A stretch of 64,000 bases of DNA from Candidatus Parcubacteria bacterium (GTDB lineage Bacteria > Patescibacteriota > Saccharimonadia > UBA4664 > JBIOIQ01), in NCBI GenBank assembly GCA_963718875.1, contig OY970378.1, forward strand, positions 4,396-68,395, in the 5' to 3' direction. Below the pieces are notes generated by a model. It saw only the letters and a program-made list of their open reading frames with translations, was not told where the DNA came from and did not search any database. Below are positions 59,972-64,000 of this stretch, in pieces. Position 1 is the stretch's first letter; the number at the start of each line of letters is the position of its first letter. The position numbers and the translations under genes are program-made.

Positions 59972-61153
59972 ATGGTTAGCAAAACAATTTTTGATAAAAT
60001 TTTATCTCGTGCTAAATCGGGGGCTATAGGGGTTGATTATTGGGGTAAAGAAAAGAAGATTTATGGTAAGGGCGCACCATATGCCACTCTAGTTATAAAA
60101 GACCCAAAAGCAGTTGGTGAGATTTTGCGCCGATCGGACCTTGGCTTTGGCGAGGCCTACATGGACGGCCGCGTAGAAGTTAAAAAAGAAGAATTGCTGG
60201 GCTTGCTAAGATTTACAAGTGAAAATAGCCAAATGGTTACAGCCACTTTTGGGAAGCTCAAAGGCTACCGCTATGAAGTGAATGCCAAAAAAAATCAGCA
60301 GCGCCAAATTCAAACTCACTACGATTTGGGAAATGATTTTTATAAGCTGTGGCTTGACGATACTATGACTTACACTTGTGCTTATTTTAAGTCTTCAAAG
60401 GACAACTTAGAACAAGCGCAGCGTCAAAAAATTGATCATGTATTACGCAAATTGCAGCTGCAAAAAGGCCATGAGTTTGTTGATATTGGTTGCGGTTGGG
60501 GGCATTTGGTGGTGAGGGCGGCTAAGCTGTATGGAGCCAAAGGTCTGGGGGTGACCATAAGTCACGAGCAGTACAAGTTTGCCACCGAGATGGCCAAGCG
60601 CGAAGGCGTGAGTGACCTAGCAACTTTTAAAGAAATGAATTACCAGGATCTTTTGCCTAACAAAAAGCAGTATGATCGCGTGGTAAGTGTAGGGATTTTG
60701 GAGCACGTTGGCCGCGGCAACCATCGTCAATACTTTGACGTGGTTAATGGCTTACTTAAGCCTCGGGGCGTATCGGTAATGCATTCAATAACTACCCAAA
60801 CCGAAGCTGCAACTCCGGCGTGGATTGATAAATACATTTTTCCCGGTGGGTACATTCCTAGCATCCGGGAGATTGTAGGATTACTGCCGGAATACGGCTT
60901 TCGGTATACCGATATTGAAAACTTACGGCCACACTACGCCCTTACTTTGCACGAATGGCTAAAGCGATTTGAAAAGCATCTGCCAGAGATTACCAAGATG
61001 TACGACGAACGTTTTGTGCGCATGTGGCGACTGTACTTGGCTGGCTCAATCAGCTCATTTAGCGATGGTGATAGCGACCTAACTCAGCTGGTATTTACCA
61101 AGGGCATCAATGAAGACATGCCTCTAACACGAGACTTTCTGTATTCAAAGTAG
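59972..61153 (+). CDS. cfa: Cyclopropane-fatty-acyl-phospholipid synthase family methyltransferase
   Basis: HYDLGNDFY, DIGCGWG, EHVG, YIFPGG, HYALTL. Confidence 0.93.
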   Translation: MVSKTIFDKILSRAKSGAIGVDYWGKEKKIYGKGAPYATLVIKDPKAVGEILRRSDLGFGEAYMDGRVEVKKEELLGLLRFTSENSQMVTATFGKLKGYRYEVNAKKNQQRQIQTHYDLGNDFYKLWLDDTMTYTCAYFKSSKDNLEQAQRQKIDHVLRKLQLQKGHEFVDIGCGWGHLVVRAAKLYGAKGLGVTISHEQYKFATEMAKREGVSDLATFKEMNYQDLLPNKKQYDRVVSVGILEHVGRGNHRQYFDVVNGLLKPRGVSVMHSITTQTEAATPAWIDKYIFPGGYIPSIREIVGLLPEYGFRYTDIENLRPHYALTLHEWLKRFEKHLPEITKMYDERFVRMWRLYLAGSISSFSDGDSDLTQLVFTKGINEDMPLTRDFLYSK

Positions 61154-61155
61154 AT

Positions 61156-61542
61156 ATGCGAGAGAACCATTTATCTATTCTAATCAGTAGACCAATCGCT
61201 GACGTCTTTTCTTTTACTGTTACTCCTCCAAATTCAACTCTTTGGATCCCGGACATCGTTGATGAAAAGATTGACACACCATCTGTGATCGAAGGCACCG
61301 TTTATGATCTGACGGATAAGAAAGGGCTGGTGTCGAAGGTTGTGGTTTCACGCATTAAAAAGAACGAATACGTGGAGTGGGTATCTTCTGATCGGTCTTA
61401 TCATTGTAGATACACCTATACGTTAATCAATGAGCAAACGACCAAGCTTGAGTATTATGAGTGGGATGATAATAAAGACTTAGCCGAGCCATTTACTATT
61501 AAGGTGTTGGAGCAGTTGAAGAAGGTGCTGGAAAGTAGCTAG
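61156..61542 (+). CDS. SRPBCC-family protein
   Basis: I.RPIADVFSF...W.P; C-terminal LEQLKKVLE. Confidence 0.75.
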   Translation: MRENHLSILISRPIADVFSFTVTPPNSTLWIPDIVDEKIDTPSVIEGTVYDLTDKKGLVSKVVVSRIKKNEYVEWVSSDRSYHCRYTYTLINEQTTKLEYYEWDDNKDLAEPFTIKVLEQLKKVLESS

Positions 61543-61764
61543 AATCTAGCCCAGCAGTAAGGCGGCAGCTAAACCTAAAGTCGTGTCATCATCTTTGTTA
61601 GTTATGATTTTAAATTGAGGTACAAGTTCGGTTTTGGCTTGAGGGGTAAATACTTCAAAGGTATAGGAAAATAAGTAGCCGCGGTAGAGTTGTCGTAATT
61701 TTCGTTTAGAAATCATTTTTTGCTTTCTTATGAATATTGTCACTTATGAACTTTGCATTTTCTT

Positions 61765-61929
61765 GTCATCCTCGATAGAAAGGCTATTCTATCCAGCCAG
61801 AGTTTATGCATTAGCCACTTCTAATCGGGGATCCAGAAAAAAAGGTGAAAAAAGTTTTTTGTTCTGGGTTCCCTACCCGGAGCGCAGTAATACTGTTTTT
61901 GTTATTGCTGGCTTCCGATAGGGAATGAC
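61765..61929. repeat. REP-like element, inverted copy
   Basis: gtcatcctcgatagaaagg...ttccgatagggaatgac. Confidence 0.8.
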
Positions 61930-61940
61930 AGGGGTGGGGG

Positions 61941-62561
61941 TTAGTACTTTCTTATGACGCCGATAACAACGCCTTGGATCTGGATAGGAGTACTTGGTTT
62001 TACAATAATTGGATCCATAGAGGAGTTGGCGGGCTGCAAACGAATATGGTCTTTTTCTTTGTAGTAACGCTTAAGAGTGGCTTCGCTCCCGTTTACTAAG
62101 GCCACAACGACTTCGCCATTAGAAGGAACTTCTTTTTCAGCAATTACCACGAAGTCACCGTCTAAAATACCGTCTTCGATCATGCTTTGCCCTTTTACTT
62201 GCAAGACATACGAATTCCGGCGCCCAACCATGAAGGGTGGAACTTCTAAAGTGTCGCGATGACCTTCGATGGTTTCAATCGGTTGTCCGGCGGCAATTAG
62301 GCCAAGGATGGGTAGACCCACGCTGCGCTCTGTGTCTAGATCGGAAGGCTTGATGAGCTGCAGCGAACGAGCCTCGTTATCCCCTTTTTGAAGCAGCCCC
62401 TTAGAGACCAGGGATTCGACGTGCTCAGCTACCGTAGCAACGGAGCCAAGCTTAAAAGCTTCAGCAATTTCACGATAGCTAGGCGCATAACCGTGAATTT
62501 CAATAAATTGCGTTACGTAATCTAATATTTCTTTTTGGCGTTTGGTAAGTGGCTCGGCCAT
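61941..62561 (-). CDS. lexA: SOS repressor LexA
   Basis: LTKRQKEIL, PSYREIA, IAAG cleavage site, GQSM and ATLKR dyad. Confidence 0.97.
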   Translation of the reverse strand: MAEPLTKRQKEILDYVTQFIEIHGYAPSYREIAEAFKLGSVATVAEHVESLVSKGLLQKGDNEARSLQLIKPSDLDTERSVGLPILGLIAAGQPIETIEGHRDTLEVPPFMVGRRNSYVLQVKGQSMIEDGILDGDFVVIAEKEVPSNGEVVVALVNGSEATLKRYYKEKDHIRLQPANSSMDPIIVKPSTPIQIQGVVIGVIRKY

Positions 62562-62626
62562 TTTTAAATCCCTCCCCGGAAGCTTAATTGTTTGCAAGTC
62601 AAAATTTTACTTTTTCTTATGTTTGA

Positions 62627-62672
62627 ATTATACCGAACAAAAACCGCTAGTGTCAAGCGGTTTTTGTTCGGT
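62627..62672 (-). promoter_or_regulatory. lexA promoter overlapped by a 17-bp perfect inverted repeat (candidate LexA operators)
   Basis: TTGACA-18-TATAAT; accgaacaaaaaccgct-N7-agcggtttttgttcggt. Confidence 0.7.
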
Positions 62673-62691
62673 GAAGCGAATTGTTTTAAGT

Positions 62692-63126
62692 TTAGTTGCT
62701 GGCTGAGCAAGTGCCGTCAGTACTAGTATGAGTGACGCCATTGACTGTACAAGTAGCAGTACCATTGGACCCGTTGGCGCCATTTTGCTGAATAACGGTT
62801 GTGTTGTTTACACCTGGCGTACCGGGACTGGTGGATGTAGAACTACTGCTCGAACCAGAAGTGGCGGAACAGCGACCATTAACTGTTGGTACAGTGACGC
62901 CATTGACAGTACAAGTAGCTGAAGCTCCTGAGTTTGTAGTACTTGTAGAGGTATTAGTGGTGGGGACAGTATAGCAAAACGGACGCCCAAAGAAGTTTTG
63001 ACACCTGGTTGCGGCACGACTGCCTGTAACTTTAATAGCGACGACGGCGATTACGGCAATGACTAATGCTGCTATAAGTAATTCTGCTACTAAAGCGACA
63101 CCTTTTTGGTTTTTCAAATGGTCCAT
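62692..63126 (-). CDS. Prepilin-like protein with two Cys-paired repeats
   Basis: NQKG|VALVAELL; ATCTVNGVT...GxCSA twice; AAGGA SD. Confidence 0.7.
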   Translation of the reverse strand: MDHLKNQKGVALVAELLIAALVIAVIAVVAIKVTGSRAATRCQNFFGRPFCYTVPTTNTSTSTTNSGASATCTVNGVTVPTVNGRCSATSGSSSSSTSTSPGTPGVNNTTVIQQNGANGSNGTATCTVNGVTHTSTDGTCSASN

Positions 63127-63236
63127 TTCTTATAAATCCTTCCATTACTTTTGTTTTTAGTGGTTATGCTTAACATACTCATTAATTGGTGTGTTGTCAA
63201 TAGTTATTATGCTTATCAGCATGATATTATGTTTTT

Positions 63237-63779
63237 ATGATTAAGCTCTGCCTTTATGGTGTGCCGGGATCTGGCAAAACAACCCTGGGTCTGGCTCTGC
63301 AGCAACATTTAGAAATACCATTAGTCGAAGGAGACTTATTGCGAGATGAAGCTCAGAGGGCTGTTAGCAAAGATCTTGACCCCTTTTCATATTTAGGCAC
63401 AACTGAGGCCTGGCAAAAATTTGGTGAAGCAACGCCAGAAAACATTATAAAGGGGCTGTTAGCAGTTCGAAAGAGTATGAATCTGCATGTAGAGAAAGAG
63501 CTGGGCAAAGATGGCCCATTTATACTTGAGGCTGCTTTTTTAAATCCTGTCATTAAAAAAGACTTTCGGTTGTTTTTGATAATCACATCTCAGGAAGAGC
63601 TGCATCGCTCCCATTACTACTCTCACCGTAAAGCTGGTCCAGAAACATATGCAAACTTTTTAGCGACTCGTACAATTCAGGAATATTTAATAACCGAGGC
63701 CGCGCAACTTGGCATACCCGTAATTAGGAACGATGCTGGCATCGATACGGCCGTTAGGGCTGTACTGGCCGAGCTTTAA
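63237..63779 (+). CDS. P-loop kinase (2-phosphoglycerate kinase/AAA_33-like)
   Basis: GVPGSGKTT, DLLR, IQEYL..EA..LGIPVI.N. Confidence 0.8.
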   Translation: MIKLCLYGVPGSGKTTLGLALQQHLEIPLVEGDLLRDEAQRAVSKDLDPFSYLGTTEAWQKFGEATPENIIKGLLAVRKSMNLHVEKELGKDGPFILEAAFLNPVIKKDFRLFLIITSQEELHRSHYYSHRKAGPETYANFLATRTIQEYLITEAAQLGIPVIRNDAGIDTAVRAVLAEL

Positions 63780-64000
63780 TTAAAGCCGGGTAGTTTAACT
63801 TCGGTAAAATCAAGGCTGGATGCGTACCTAGTGGTGACAGTGTCTGTTTTTAATACCTTGCCACTCAGATCTTGGACATCCCGGTAAAAAACGGTAGTTG
63901 ATGGCTTAGTTACATCACTGTTTCCCGAAATGTATGACGGTCCGCGGATAACACCAACTTTGGTTTTGGTACCGTAAAAGTCAAACTTAAGTGTAGCATT
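63776..64000 (-). CDS. 3' end of a VanW-like protein (partial)
   Basis: TLKFDFYGTK...FYRDV...TTRY; 75 open codons to TAA at 63776. Confidence 0.6.
   Translation of the reverse strand, partial: NATLKFDFYGTKTKVGVIRGPSYISGNSDVTKPSTTVFYRDVQDLSGKVLKTDTVTTRYASSLDFTEVKLPGFN

Noticed and set aside
61546-61921. ORFs 61546-61743 and 61730-61921
   Set aside because: The second lies in a REP-like element; the first has no recognisable motif and too little support to call.

Overview
Chromosomal window from a small-genome monoderm bacterium, most likely Patescibacteria/CPR (Saccharimonadia-like; inferred from gene families; TGA is used as stop). The first ~25 kb is a cell-surface island: a >2,400-aa fibre/adhesin gene missing from the ORF track (it runs off the left edge), three DUF916/WxLIP-like membrane-anchored proteins, three WxL/pilin-like secreted proteins, Ig/PKD and beta-fibre membrane proteins, and a divergent F1-like ATPase operon. 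That operon keeps the canonical E-F-H-A-G-D-C order but has no subunit a. At the atpE position it has a secreted beta-domain fused to a c-subunit-like hairpin (IGRNP loop) lacking the ion-binding carboxylate. This candidate ion-uncoupled rotary machine is the top finding. The rest is housekeeping and accessory genes (pyrE, pyrF, prs, Fur/Zur, CDF, ZIP, mgtE, TerC, Nei, NUDIX, cfa plus FAD oxidoreductase, lexA). Other notable elements: tRNA-Asn preceded by a GIY-YIG gene bracketed by hairpin-disrupted tRNA halves, an uORF attenuator before an RNHCP gene, an 818-nt ORF-free segment with complementary ends, heptamer arrays, nested REP/MITE-like repeats and widespread leaderless gene starts. Family assignments come from motif recognition by eye, not database searches.
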